Shown here: piece after piece, positions 38,596-50,900 of the stretch
How positions within the stretch are numbered: position 1 is the stretch's first letter
Layout: the number at the start of each line of letters is the position of its first letter
NCBI RefSeq assembly: GCF_021869535.1
Contig: NW_026262679.1
Span: 83,328,001 to 83,392,000, forward strand
DNA length: 64,000 bases
From: Mytilus californianus
Lineage: Eukaryota
Direction: 5' to 3'
Notes under the pieces: model-generated
What the model was told of the DNA's origin: nothing
The model's input: the letters and a program-made list of their open reading frames with translations, nothing else
Database searches by the model: none
Position numbers and translations under genes: made by a program

Positions 38596-41500
38596 GGGCA
38601 TCCGATACAGTTTCAAGGGAGTTAACTCTTGGCGCGACGTTATGCGTTTGAATTCCCGCAAAACGTCACTTTTTGCGGGACGTAATGCGTGTAATTTTCC
38701 GTAATAAGAAACGTAATGTGGATTTTCGATGCTTCAATTTCTGTTTCTCCCGCATGCTAACTTCTAAACCATTAATATTAGTGCATTTGATTCTAACAGG
38801 ATAACAGTCTAATAAAATCAGAAGAAATAAAACATATTACTGTTTCTGTCAGATCTTCAACAAAGTATCGTATAGTGAGCAATCTCAAGACGACTGACCC
38901 TTTTTTGATGTTACTAATATAATGCATGTCAATTATCATTTTTATTATCATTCATCATCTATGATTTGGTCCGAATCCGATTTTCTGACATTTTATTACA
39001 GCACAGAAAACCAATGATATTTTAAAACTAATACCGAAAATTTAGGTACACGAAGAAGTAAATTTCCTAACTGAACAATTTACTAAAATAAATAATGGTA
39101 TGCCGCAAATATTAAAAATGATACAACAAAGTTCCTATTTCTTCCACGTTGCACGTATTTTATCTAACAAAAGGCAAAAGTCAACAATATTAACGGCCGA
39201 AAAATTTTGACGGAACGTAATAATGGTATACAAATGTCCGGCGTCTGTCTGTCCGTCTTTAACATAGTACAGCACAAATATCCAAATTTCATTAAACTTA
39301 ACATAGTTGTTTTTTATGATGGTCAAACGATAAGTATACTTTTTGGTGAACGTTTTGAGTTACAGGACTTTGTAACTAAAACAGAGGTGTTTTTTTCACA
39401 GTTCGCGCCGTATCTCAAAAACGAATTATGATTATTGCTTAAAACTGTACACACTTCTTAGTTATATCAATCTGAAGATCTGTGTACTTTTTGGGGATGA
39501 TTCAAAATTTTATTTTACAGTTATTGAGTTTATGAAAAAAGAGGGGGTTTTCACATGTCGCGCCGTATCTCAGAAACTATTTATAATTATTGCATAAAAC
39601 TTCACATACTTGTTACTTAAATTAATCTAAAGATCTGTATACTTTTTCGTGATGATTCTTTAATTCATTTTTGAGTTCTTGAATTTTTATTGAGCTTCAA
39701 TTTGATATCATAGAACACATGATGTGATATATAAACTTCCTATTGAGAAAGAACAAGGAATGAGTCAGGATATACTTAGCATGAATTCCTGTACAACCCC
39801 CGTGTTATTTTAAAAACATTTATTATGGGTTTTTTTCATAAGACGATGGGCGTATCATGCGCTCTTAGCGCAGCTGTTTATTTTGTTCTTTATTTTTTTT
39901 ACAAATATATAAGAGAAATGACGGATTGACATCAAATACAATGCAATTTCCAATATAATTAATATTTCCAAATGGCATAACTCTTTTAAAGAACAGTTGA
40001 TATGCACTGATTTTCGAACGTGTCCATACGATATTAGTTTTATAAAAATTTGGCAAGAATTGTACACTTGAAAAATCTATTAACCAGAAGGACATAAAGG
40101 ACAGACAGAGGAATGGGCGTGTGATATTTTATGTACCCCGCAATGCGTCGCGCTGTGGTGAAAAAATATATATAGTTATTTACCAATAAAATTACGCTAT
40201 GAGAGAAGTACTAGTATTTGGCCATGGATTTTAATCGCAACTTGCTACCCTCTCCCACTCTCTCCCCTCTTCCCCCTAAAAAAACAGCATTAAAAACTGA
40301 AGAGAAAGTATATAATAGTACAAGATTATAAAAGTGACGTGCAGAGGCGTATTCAGGGGGAGGCTCAGGCCCCCCTTTTGAGGAAAAATTTTGGTTGGTT
40401 ATATAGAGAATCACTGAAGCGTGACGAGAGCGGGCCCCCTCTTATGCAGTCAGTGGGCCCCTACTTATGAAAATGTCTGGATCCGCCACTGACTTGCTTT
40501 GCAATCGTACTTTAAGTGGGTATAGTGTGGAAAGTTGGGAGAGGAACAGAAACAAAACCAAAGCTGGGAGTGGGTGGGGGAATAGGTAATATGTCCAGTC
40601 CTTTCGCTATTAATTCAATCGTTTTGCCAAATCAAAAATTTCAAAATTATGGTTTAGTTTCTCTGTCTGGACAAAAGCATCCTTTGGCAAATTGAAGATT
40701 CTCCTTTATAAGATTTTGTTTTTGTTTTCTGACAACATAAAAAAAGAAGATGTGGTGTAATTGCCGATAAGACAACTCTCCACAAGAGACAAACATGACA
40801 CAGAAATTAACAACTATAGGTCATCGTACGGTCTTCAACAATGAGCAAAGCCCATACCGCATCTATTAGTCAACTATAGAAGGCCCCGAAATGACACTGT
40901 AAAACAATTCAGACGAGAAAACTAGCGGCCTAATTTATGTACAAAAAAGAAGTTCCGTTTGCAGGAAAAGACCTCATGTAAGTAACCTTTGTGCTGTGAT
41001 CCAGTGGAGATAATTTTATCAAGTGAACTTTAAAACTATTCAGAAGCCTATAAATTTTATTCAATTGCAATCATTGACCGTAATAAAAGTTTTATTTTAT
41101 GGATAAATGTGAAATTCTAAAAAAATGATTAAAACGTGAATAAAAGGATTTTAAGGAGTATTGTAATGAAACAGCAGCCCACCAAACAAAACAAAACAAA
41201 AAACAACATCTAGAGGTCAACATATTGTAAAAAATAATATACGAGTGTGTACAGTACATGTACCTGTATGTCAAGTTCTAAATTGCCGAGTCTTTAATTC
41301 TAAAAGCCGTAAAATTATCAACAGTCCGTAATAACTTTTCTTGCGATGTTTCTCACTTAGACCACAAACAGAGACAGGTATTTATGATTCACATGATTTT
41401 ATTTCCGAAAACAATTTGACCAATTTATAGGTAGCTGTTTACAAGCAATATTTATACATCATAAAAATGTCGCCGGTAACTTGCAGAGATAACGTCGAAA

Positions 41501-42065
41501 TTGTCTGCCAGCGACGTCGTGCATTTTAGCGCTAACGTTGAGGTTCCAAAGGGGGGGACTCAATTTTTAGGATAACTCGCGTTTATCATGGAACTCAGCA
41601 CGGTGACATATATTTTTTATTTGAGATTTGGAGAAAGCATGACAAAATGCAGTTTATGTAGAAAAATGATAAAAATGACATTTTCAGAAACACTTTATTT
41701 CCCTATTTTTAGGTTAAAAAAAATACCACTTTGAGCATCTGGTCCGCAATGTCAAGCAAGGTTTGCATAATTGTATAGTCATTCGTGTAGGGATTTATTT
41801 TTTCCTTATTGTGTCTTATCACAGCTTCAAATTGAACCCGATCTTAATAATTTACGACGAAGAATATCTGCTCCAAAAATTTTATAACATTGCCTAATTT
41901 TTTTACAAAATTGCACAAATCCCCAATTTTCAGCCTCAATTTTCTCGAAAACAAGCATGGTGACCTATGTTTTATTTTGTGTTTTATTTAATAACTCGCC
42001 AAGGCCTACAACATATTTCAAAATTATAAAAATGACATTATATCGAGAAACTGTATCGGATGCCC
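38596..42065. mobile_element. Kolobok-like non-autonomous DNA transposon with nested insertions
   Basis: Perfect 19-bp TIR gggcatccgatacagtttc / gaaactgtatcggatgccc flanked by TTAA (38592-38595, 42066-42069). Termini start with purines (GG), unlike the CC ends of piggyBac. Confidence 0.72.
40342..40491. mobile_element. Small MITE nested in the Kolobok-like element
   Basis: Imperfect TIR cagaggcgtattcag / ctggatccgccactg; no clear TSD. Confidence 0.5.
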
Positions 42066-44453
42066 TTAAGTATTTACATGTTACCTCAAGCAATTGCATG
42101 CAGCGACGCAGGTTCACAACAGTATGGCTGTAGGTGATTAGACGGAGCTTTCCAGTGGGAAATTGCGCCTTATATTTACATATATTTACTTCAGTAAAAG
42201 TACTTAAGAGGTTTTATTTATTAACTTTAGTTGTGTTTATAATTTTGTGTCGCTAATTTGTTTTTATTTGGAGGATGTAAAATATCAATTGAAATGTGTG
42301 GCTTAAGTTATCTCAGTTGCTCCGGGCAGTGGCCCTGTGCGAATCGTGTTTGCATGCACACTATCCCTCGGAAGATACAAACCATGGTAGTGCAGGTATA
42401 GGTTAATTGTACTCTGGATCCAAACATGGACATGCTTCATGTATGGAGATCAGTCAGGCAGCAAACATGCTCCTGGTCAAATCACCACAATGCTAGTCTT
42501 GTTTATATATATTACACTTGTAAACGTATATAAATATAAGTGCCTAGAAAATCAACCTAACAATGCTAGAGTAGATCTGATTATTTACTTCCTCCCCGAG
42601 CGGGGCTGGAACCTGTACTTTCCACTTCTAACTTCTACGACAACACCGCCTAGTATTGCGCAGACATATTTGGACGTTGTTTTCAATTTAGACTTGTTTA
42701 TATTTTTTCGTTTGGGCTTGTATTATATTTTCCTTTGGGTTTATATGATCCGTTCATCCTATTTCGACTCTTTAAAATTCAAGAGTCTATCCTAAATTGA
42801 GGTGAATTATATGCGGCCTTCCAAATACCGTTTCGATCCCTTACATCACTGAAGAGACATTAATTGTCGAAATCCGGATATGGTGTACAAATTTTTGCAC
42901 CTCATGTTTGCGGTATACCATCTTCTCCGCAAGTTTATTGTTTTCTGTGTGGTATATATATATATGTTTTTATATGTGTGTGTGTGTGTGTAGTTCATTC
43001 ATGTTCAAACTGCTTTTTCTTTTATCTATATGCATACTTGATTATTGTTTTTGTGGCTGTTTAAATAATGTCTTACATTGAAATATACTCTTTGTGAGCC
43101 CATTTAATGGAAATAAAACATCTTCTTCTTCTTCTATACATGTAAATACCAAATTTAAAACATATTCGAAAAATGAGCTGTATAAGTACTAATATAAAAT
43201 GGAGTTCTTGCATTTATTTTTCTGAATTCCTTATGTTTAACTTTTATTATAACACCAATGCCATTTTACAACTTTCATATGTAAATCAGTGAATCATTAA
43301 TTTATTTGTGTTCATCATTATAACAATATCCAAGTTCTTAGGCGATTATGCATAGCAAAATTTATTGGTTATGGGTGTTTATATAATGATTCAGCAGTAC
43401 AAAAGGGTACATCGAGGGCTTGAAATAGCGTACTGTGATTGACCGACCACAACCGAATACCGTGCTAAGGGCTTAAATAAATCCAAGTGAACAAATAACG
43501 TTTATATATATAATTTGTATCAGATATTATGGTAACTGGTTGTTGGTCCTATCATGGAGACCGGCCTCAACGGGATAATGACAATGTCATTAAACACCCC
43601 CGATTAAGTAAAAGTTTTTGGTAAATAAAATTTCGGTCACGGTTGGATACTGAGCTATAAAGTCGATCGTTGTCAGAGTTTGATACTATGAAAAATTGAA
43701 GATTATATTGTAATGTCAAGGCTTTAATATTAAATACTTGCTGGAAATAGAGCAAAACATAAGTCGTAACCCCAACAGAAGGCCGTATACAAAAAGCAAG
43801 AAATTATCGTTTATACCAATAAAAGTATTGACAAATTCGTATATAGTTTCAAGATAACAGATTATTATTGTTTGAGATTAAAAGGTATTGAAATACAAGT
43901 TTTAGACAAGAATAAAGTGAGCAATTAAATATATAAAGTACCTACTTTAAAAAAAACTTACCACAAAGAGCAGTCTAATAGTGTACTGAGTTAATCAGTG
44001 TCTTCTTCCATTCTCATTTTTTAAATTCAATAAAAAAAGTGGGGGAGGGGGGCATTGTTTTCACTTTAGAAATTTGTAGTGGAAGTTAACCCCCCCCCCC
44101 CCCCTTTTTCAAGATTTTTGACCCACACCCCTTTATCAGTTTCAGTAGGGAGGAACTATAAGCCCACAGATAAAAGGGGAAAAATGTAGTAATTGAAAAC
44201 CTAAAAAGCTTAAAGTAAATGTGCATGGTTCACAATTAAGATCTTACCGTACCCTACATTTGTCTAACTTGAAAAAAATACACACGAAAAAGGTAATTAA
44301 AGGACATGATTTCAATGAAAATTTATCGGAAAAGGGTGCTATGTTTTATGTTTTGACCGGGAAACTGGTTTTGATTTTTTATGACTGAGAGGAGAAAGGA
44401 TAATGAGAAAGCGTTATAGTTAATGAGGCGTAAAAATAGAATGTGAAAGGTTT

Positions 44454-44517
44454 GATCACGTGATCGAAAAGGCGCGTAACCCACGCTAACTCGCCATCTT
44501 TTCCAGGTGACTTCCGG
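44454..44517 (+). promoter_or_regulatory. Putative lamin core promoter / 5' UTR motif cluster
   Basis: 12-bp palindrome gatcacgtgatc (E-box, 44454-44465), YY1-type cgccatctt (44492-44500) and ETS-type acttccgg (44510-44517), all within 120 bp of the ATG. Confidence 0.5.
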
Positions 44518-44572
44518 TTTTAAAAGGACCCTGTTGAAAGTGATCAGATAACTCAAGGGAAAGTACATAGCG

Positions 44573-44985
44573 ATGGCAACTAAAACCCCTAGAAGCAGTA
44601 AGAAAACTACTATCACAACCACTACAACACAACGGACGTCAACCCCGTCCACATCTGCAGCATCTTCACCCGGCCGGCGTGCGAGGTCTCCATCACCGGC
44701 ACGCATCTCCCGTCAACAAGAAAAGGAGGAGCTGTCAAGTTTGAACGATCGCTTAGCAGCTTATATCGACAGAGTCAGATATTTAGAAAATGAGAATAGC
44801 CGCTTACAAGTTGCTGTGAAATCAACAGAAGAGACCGTCACCCGTGAAGTATCAAGTGTGAAACATTTGTACGAAACGGAGTTGGAAGATGCACGGAAAC
44901 TGCTTGATGACACTGCAAAGGAGAAAGCCAGATTGCAAATTGAGGCATCCAAACTGAAAGCTGAAACAGATGAATGGAGATCTAA
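44573..44985 (+). CDS. LMNB: Lamin exon 1
   Basis: ATG at 44573; ends TCT AA|gtaaga (phase 2). Confidence 0.95.
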
Positions 44986-47900
44986 GTAAGATTTGGTGAA
45001 TAAAACACATTTTGGGATACCCATTTGTTTTTTTTTTCTGAGGAGGGTAGTGGGTAGTTAGATTTTTGAACTGCATACCTTGGAAAGAAATTAAAAAATA
45101 TCTTGTCTAAGACCAATCTTCCCCACAAAATACAGGGTTTTTATTAAGACAGACACACATGTACTGGACATGTGTCTTAAGTGAATCCTTTCGTGCCCAA
45201 TCACGTTCGCCCCCCCATGCACTTTCGCACCCTACACGTTCGAGCCCAATTTTTATTGGTTTTGTGTTTAATAATTTGTAAACGAGTTTTGGTAAGTGTA
45301 TTGCTATTAATATATGTTTTTTCATTGTTTCTGAATAAAGTGAGATTCTGACAAGGTGTCATGGTAAAAGTATTTCTATAAACATTTTTTTTCATTGATT
45401 TTAAACTGAGACTACTGTTATAAACAGTAGTCTCAGATTTTAAATAAAGTGAGATTCTGACGACCAGTAATTTATTTTTGTGTTGAATAATTTTCAATCA
45501 TGTTTTGGTTAGTGTATTGTTATTTTTTTTATTTCATTGTTTCTAGTAAATAAAGTGCGAATGATCAATCTGACAATTTTATTTTGGTATTGAATAAATG
45601 GTAAGCATGGTAAGGTCAGAGACGGTGTATCGCTATAAGCTGTTTAAAACAATTATCTTCATGTTTTTTATTTAAAATCTTCAAAGTTTTACTCATACCA
45701 AGCTAAAAACATGCAGTATTTTATACATCAAAGCAAGTTAAAACAACAATCATGATTTTTAAACACTCAACAATAACACCAAATTAGGCTGTGTATAAAT
45801 ACCAATTAGCAGTAAGGCCGAGAGAAAAAAATCTGTGTTTCCGGTAACCTGACCGACCCTGTTTTTTTAGCCCCGACCCTGTTTTTGACACAGGCTTCTG
45901 TAAATCGACATAATTATTTATCTAACTTGCTTCTACTGGCACAGAAAGCCAGTAAAACATTTTATTTATGTCAAAAGGTATTCCAAATAGGTTAAAATGC
46001 AAGAAATTTGCACAGCAGGTGCTTCAAAAACATTGCAAATGGCCGCACTTCTGGTATTTGAAACTAATTACGGACCCGGACTTGGAAAAACCATGATGAT
46101 TTTCCGGATTTCGTTTACAAAAAAAAAAAAAAAAAAATCCGACCTACCGACCCTATTTTTCAAAATGATGTTATCGGAAACACAGATATTTTTTTTTTTA
46201 GGCCTAATCATACATAATTAACATTTAATAATTAATCATCAAATCAATTTAAAACAATATTTCATTTAAAAATTCCAGAATTTTTATTTATGAAAATAAA
46301 AACATTTTGATATTTTTTAACAATGTTTACCGTAGTTACATGGAGAAAACGAAATTGACAGAAAGTCGAAAACCATAGTCAACTCGTTAAAAACATTGCT
46401 CTTATTGTTTTCCGTGAAATAAATAGCAAATTAAGATGTATTTTTCATTAACTGCCTTCATTTTTATACGAAAATAACAAAATCGGCCGCCATATTGTTG
46501 ATCGTATTTACATCTTCTGCGTACTATTTATTATCCTCCAAAGAAGGAGCACACCCAAATAAAGAAAGATAACTCAATCTTATTTTTTCCTAGCATTGAG
46601 TAACCTACTAAGATATTATAAAATATGTCTTCATACTTCTGGCTTTAGAATTTATATGTTTAGGTGTTTTGAGTTATGGGAAAAGTTAAAGAGGGTCTTA
46701 GTAGCAGGGTTGGTAGGGTGCCTTGGTCATCTTTTTCTGTATTTTTTATTTTCAATCCAAATTTTCACTGTTCACTATATCCTAACATTGTGCATTTACA
46801 GCTGTTTTGTGCTGTATTGCCATTAAGCACAGAAAAGGTAGAAAGGTGAAATTTGTAAAGTGTGTCAGACCATAGAAACAGAATGAAGCAGGACATTTTT
46901 AAAAAAAATACTGCATATAAAGCATAACTGTGCCAAGCAATGATTTAAAACTTGTGTCACAAGCTGCTTGATAAGTTTTCAGCCTAAAAAGTAGAAAGAT
47001 AGTTTTTCTCTGGGCTAATGATGTTGTTCTTGTATATTTATAACCAGTGATTCAATGAACAAACAATGTTTGATTATAATTTTTATTAAAACATGCCCTT
47101 TTTCATGATTGGCACCCTGCCCTTTTGAAATCCTAGCTGGAACACTGTAATGCTATAAAACCCAAGCATCAAAACTTGTTTACATTGGCACATGTTTTTT
47201 CTGGTAATAAACTTGTAACAGAAGACAATTGATTATTAAATGATTGCCAATATATTACTTTGTAGAGAAATAAGGGATTAGTTCTATTTTATTTGTCAGG
47301 AGAAATGTTGAAAAGATGTAACTGAAAGAAAAATATGAAGTTGAAAAAAAGTTACAAAAATGGTTTTTATTTTTTCAAAACTGATAGGTACATGATTATT
47401 GTTCTGTATTTTGAGAACTATATGAGTTACTGTACTATGGACTTATCACAATCAGCTTGGAACCACCACTTAAAAAAAAGACGAGTCCCAGGACTCACCC
47501 TAAAAATGTCCTTATACAACGTAGTGAAACCCAAAAAATGCAGGAAATGAAAATGTAAAAGAAGTGAAAATCGAAATGATTTTTCCTCCCCCAAAATCCA
47601 GAGATGTTCCAAAAAGTTTGAAAGTCACAAATGAAAATGTATTTACACCACAGTGTAAAAGAGATTGTATTTGAGGTACATTGTTTTTGTATATACATGT
47701 ACAAATGTATGTTCTTGTACATGTGATTCAGAGGTCACAAAACTCAGTTGAAGTTATCATCTACCATGGCATGTTTCTTACTATATAGTGTTTTATTAAC
47801 AGATACTATAAAAGGGACAAGGAAGCTAAGGATGCAGAAGGACAACTACATGGTTTGCAAAAGGACTTGGCAGACTTGGAAGGTAGACTGGCTGTATCTG

Positions 47901-50900
47901 AACAGCAAAGAAAACATTGGGAAAAGGAATATAATGTATGTTATGGTAACCAAGATAATGTATACATAAATATATGTTTGAAAAAATATTGTGCACCAGA
48001 TTAGCTACATGTACTTTAAGTGTGGATATTTTCTAGGGTTGTAAATATATTTCATTATATCAGTGTGAAGGCACTTCACATCTCTAACCAGTGTTCTTGA
48101 AAAGGGGTGGTTTTGACCACCGAAAATTGTAAAATCATATTACAAATACATGCAAGTAATATAGGTTCCTTGTAGCCTCTATTTTAATCATCTTTTTCTT
48201 ACCTGTTCAATGATTTGATTAGTTACTGATAAAAATTGTTGATCTTTCTTGTATCTTGGTCCACCTACATTTTGTAGCAAACAGGTAAACGTATCTTCAT
48301 TAATCTTTTTACACTTAGAAAATAAATGCTGTAACATTCTGAAGCAAAATAACAACCTATAAAACTAGAAAACCAGGATAGTAGAAAGTAGCACTGACAG
48401 AATTCTGTCATATGTTTGTATAATTTTGGACCAAAATGAAGTATGACGATGATGGTCCAAAAGTTAACTCTGTAAATCCAGAGCATCAGAACATGTTCCA
48501 ATCTTTGTAGAATTACACATATCAGTGTGCCTTTATCTGCAATATTGGGAAATAAATAAATTTTGGTAAAAAAAAAAAAGTTAATAAAAAAGTTTGATCC
48601 TTGATTTTAAAGCTTTGAAAGTCCATCTGGCCTCTCTTCACTCTTGAAAATATTAATGAAAATGATGACTGTCAAAAATGCTCTTCTCTGCTCTCAGATT
48701 CTAGATTTAACATTCAGTTTACAAAAAACATGGTTTATGTGTATTTCATTAGATAAAGTTTGATTTTTCCCTTTGCAGAAAATTAAAGGTGATATTGCAG
48801 CGTTGGAAAGACAGCTTGCAACCAGTAAAAAGCAGCTAGAAGAGGAAACCTTAGCTAGGGTAGACCTACAGAACAGATTACAGACCATGAAGGAGGAACT
48901 GACCTTTAAATCTCAAATGCATGAACAGGTATATCAAAGGATATTGTCCAATATACAGACAAAAATAAGTATAATTTTTTGCTTTTGACTCATAGAGCTC
49001 CAATTTTGTATCGTTCATGGATTGTCTCCCTTTACTCCAAAACAAAACAAAATACAATTTTAACATGTTGAACAAGTCAATTTTTGATAAGCCAAAAAAT
49101 TGACCAAAATAAAAATGTTGCAAATAATGACCAAGTTTATTATTTACCAAAATTGGTATATTTCAAGACCAATGTTCAAATATGAAAAGGTGGAGCATCA
49201 ACATGAAATTGTGACAACATTGTTAGGCAAAATTTCGTCTGTGAAAAAAAATATGAGCAAGAGTAAATACTTTTGATGGACTTTCTAATGCAACCATTTA
49301 TAACCACTTAAAATGAAAGAAAACTTACGAGTGAGAAAAAACAGTTCAGTCAGGTTATTACTTATAGAAACATGTAGCTCAGTTCCGTGAAGATTCTCAG
49401 ATTTTTTTTGTCATCGGTGATGATTTTTGTCCTCAAAGTCAAATAAAGTGTTCTCATCCTGTTTTATAAAACACAGATTGGCCTTAACAAGTCTGTTGTA
49501 AACACATTTTTATCACAATACATATTTTCACTTCTGTCAGTAAGAAGCAAAAACAGACTTATTTATGTCTGAGCTCTGACTGACTATCACAATACATATT
49601 TTCACTTCTGTATGTCAGAAACAGAAAAAGACTTCTTTATGTCTGAGCTCTGACTGACTATCACAATACATATTTTCACTTCTGTATGTCAGAAACAGAA
49701 AAAGACTTCTTTATGTCTGAGCTCTGACTGACTATCACAATACATATTTTAACTTCTGTTTGTCAGAAACAGAAAAAGACTTCTTTATGTCTGAGCTCTG
49801 ACTGACTATCACTACATATTTTCACTTCTGTATGTCAGAAACGGAAAAAGACTTCTTTATGTCTGAGCTCTGACTGACTATCACTACATATTTTCACTTC
49901 TGTATGTCAGAAACAGAAAAAGACTTCTTTATGTCTGAGCTCTGACTGACTATCACAATACATATTTTTAACTTCTGTATGTCAGAAACAGAAAAAGACT
50001 TCTTTATGTCTGAGCTCTGATTGACTATCACAATACATATTTTCACTTCTGTATGTCAGAAACAGAAAAAGACTTCTTTATGTCTGAGCTCTGACTGACT
50101 ATCACAATGCATAATTTTAACTTCTGTATGTCAGAAACAGAAAAAAACTTCTTTATGTCTGAGCTCTGACTGACTATCACAATACATAATTTTAACTTCT
50201 GTATGTCAGAAACAGAAAAAGACTTCTTTATGTCTGAGCTCTGACTGACTATCACAATACATATTTTCACTTCTGTATGTCAGAAACAGAAAAAGACTTC
50301 TTTATGTCTGAGCTATGACTGACTATCACAATACATATTTTCACTTCTGTATGTCAGAAACAGAAAAAGACTTCTTTATGTCTGAGCTCTGACTGACTAT
50401 CACAATACATAATTTTAACTTCTGTATGTCAGAAACAGAAAAAAACGTCTTTATGTCTGAGCTCTGACTGACTATCACAATACATATTTTCACTTCTGTA
50501 TGTCAGAAACAGAAAAAGACTTCTTTATGTCTGAGCTATGACTGACTATCACAATACATATTTTCACTTCTGTATGTCAGAAACAGAAAAAGACTTCTTT
50601 ATGTCTGAGCTCTGACTGACTATCACAATACATAATTTTAACTTCTGTATGTCAGAAACAGAAAAAAACGTCTTTATGTCTGAGCTCTGACTGACTATCA
50701 CAATACATATTTTCACTTCTGTATGTCAGAAACAGAAAAAGACTTCTTTATGTCTGAGCTCTGACTGACTATCACAATACATAATTTTAACTTCTGTTTG
50801 TCAGAAACAGAAAAAGACTTCTTTATGTCTGAGCTCTGACTGACTATCACAATACATATTTTAACTTCTGTTTGTCAGAAACAGAAAAAGACTTCTTTAT

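Noticed and set aside
35100-44400. A fourth MINPP1 copy or another gene in the intergenic region
   Set aside because: No RHGxRxP, CAFE/WC or GYG-type exon was recognised; the ORFs here map to repeats or simple sequence.
44323-44706. 127-aa antisense ORF overlapping lamin exon 1
   Set aside because: It is a shadow of the Thr/Ser-rich, GC-richer lamin head, with no independent homology signal.
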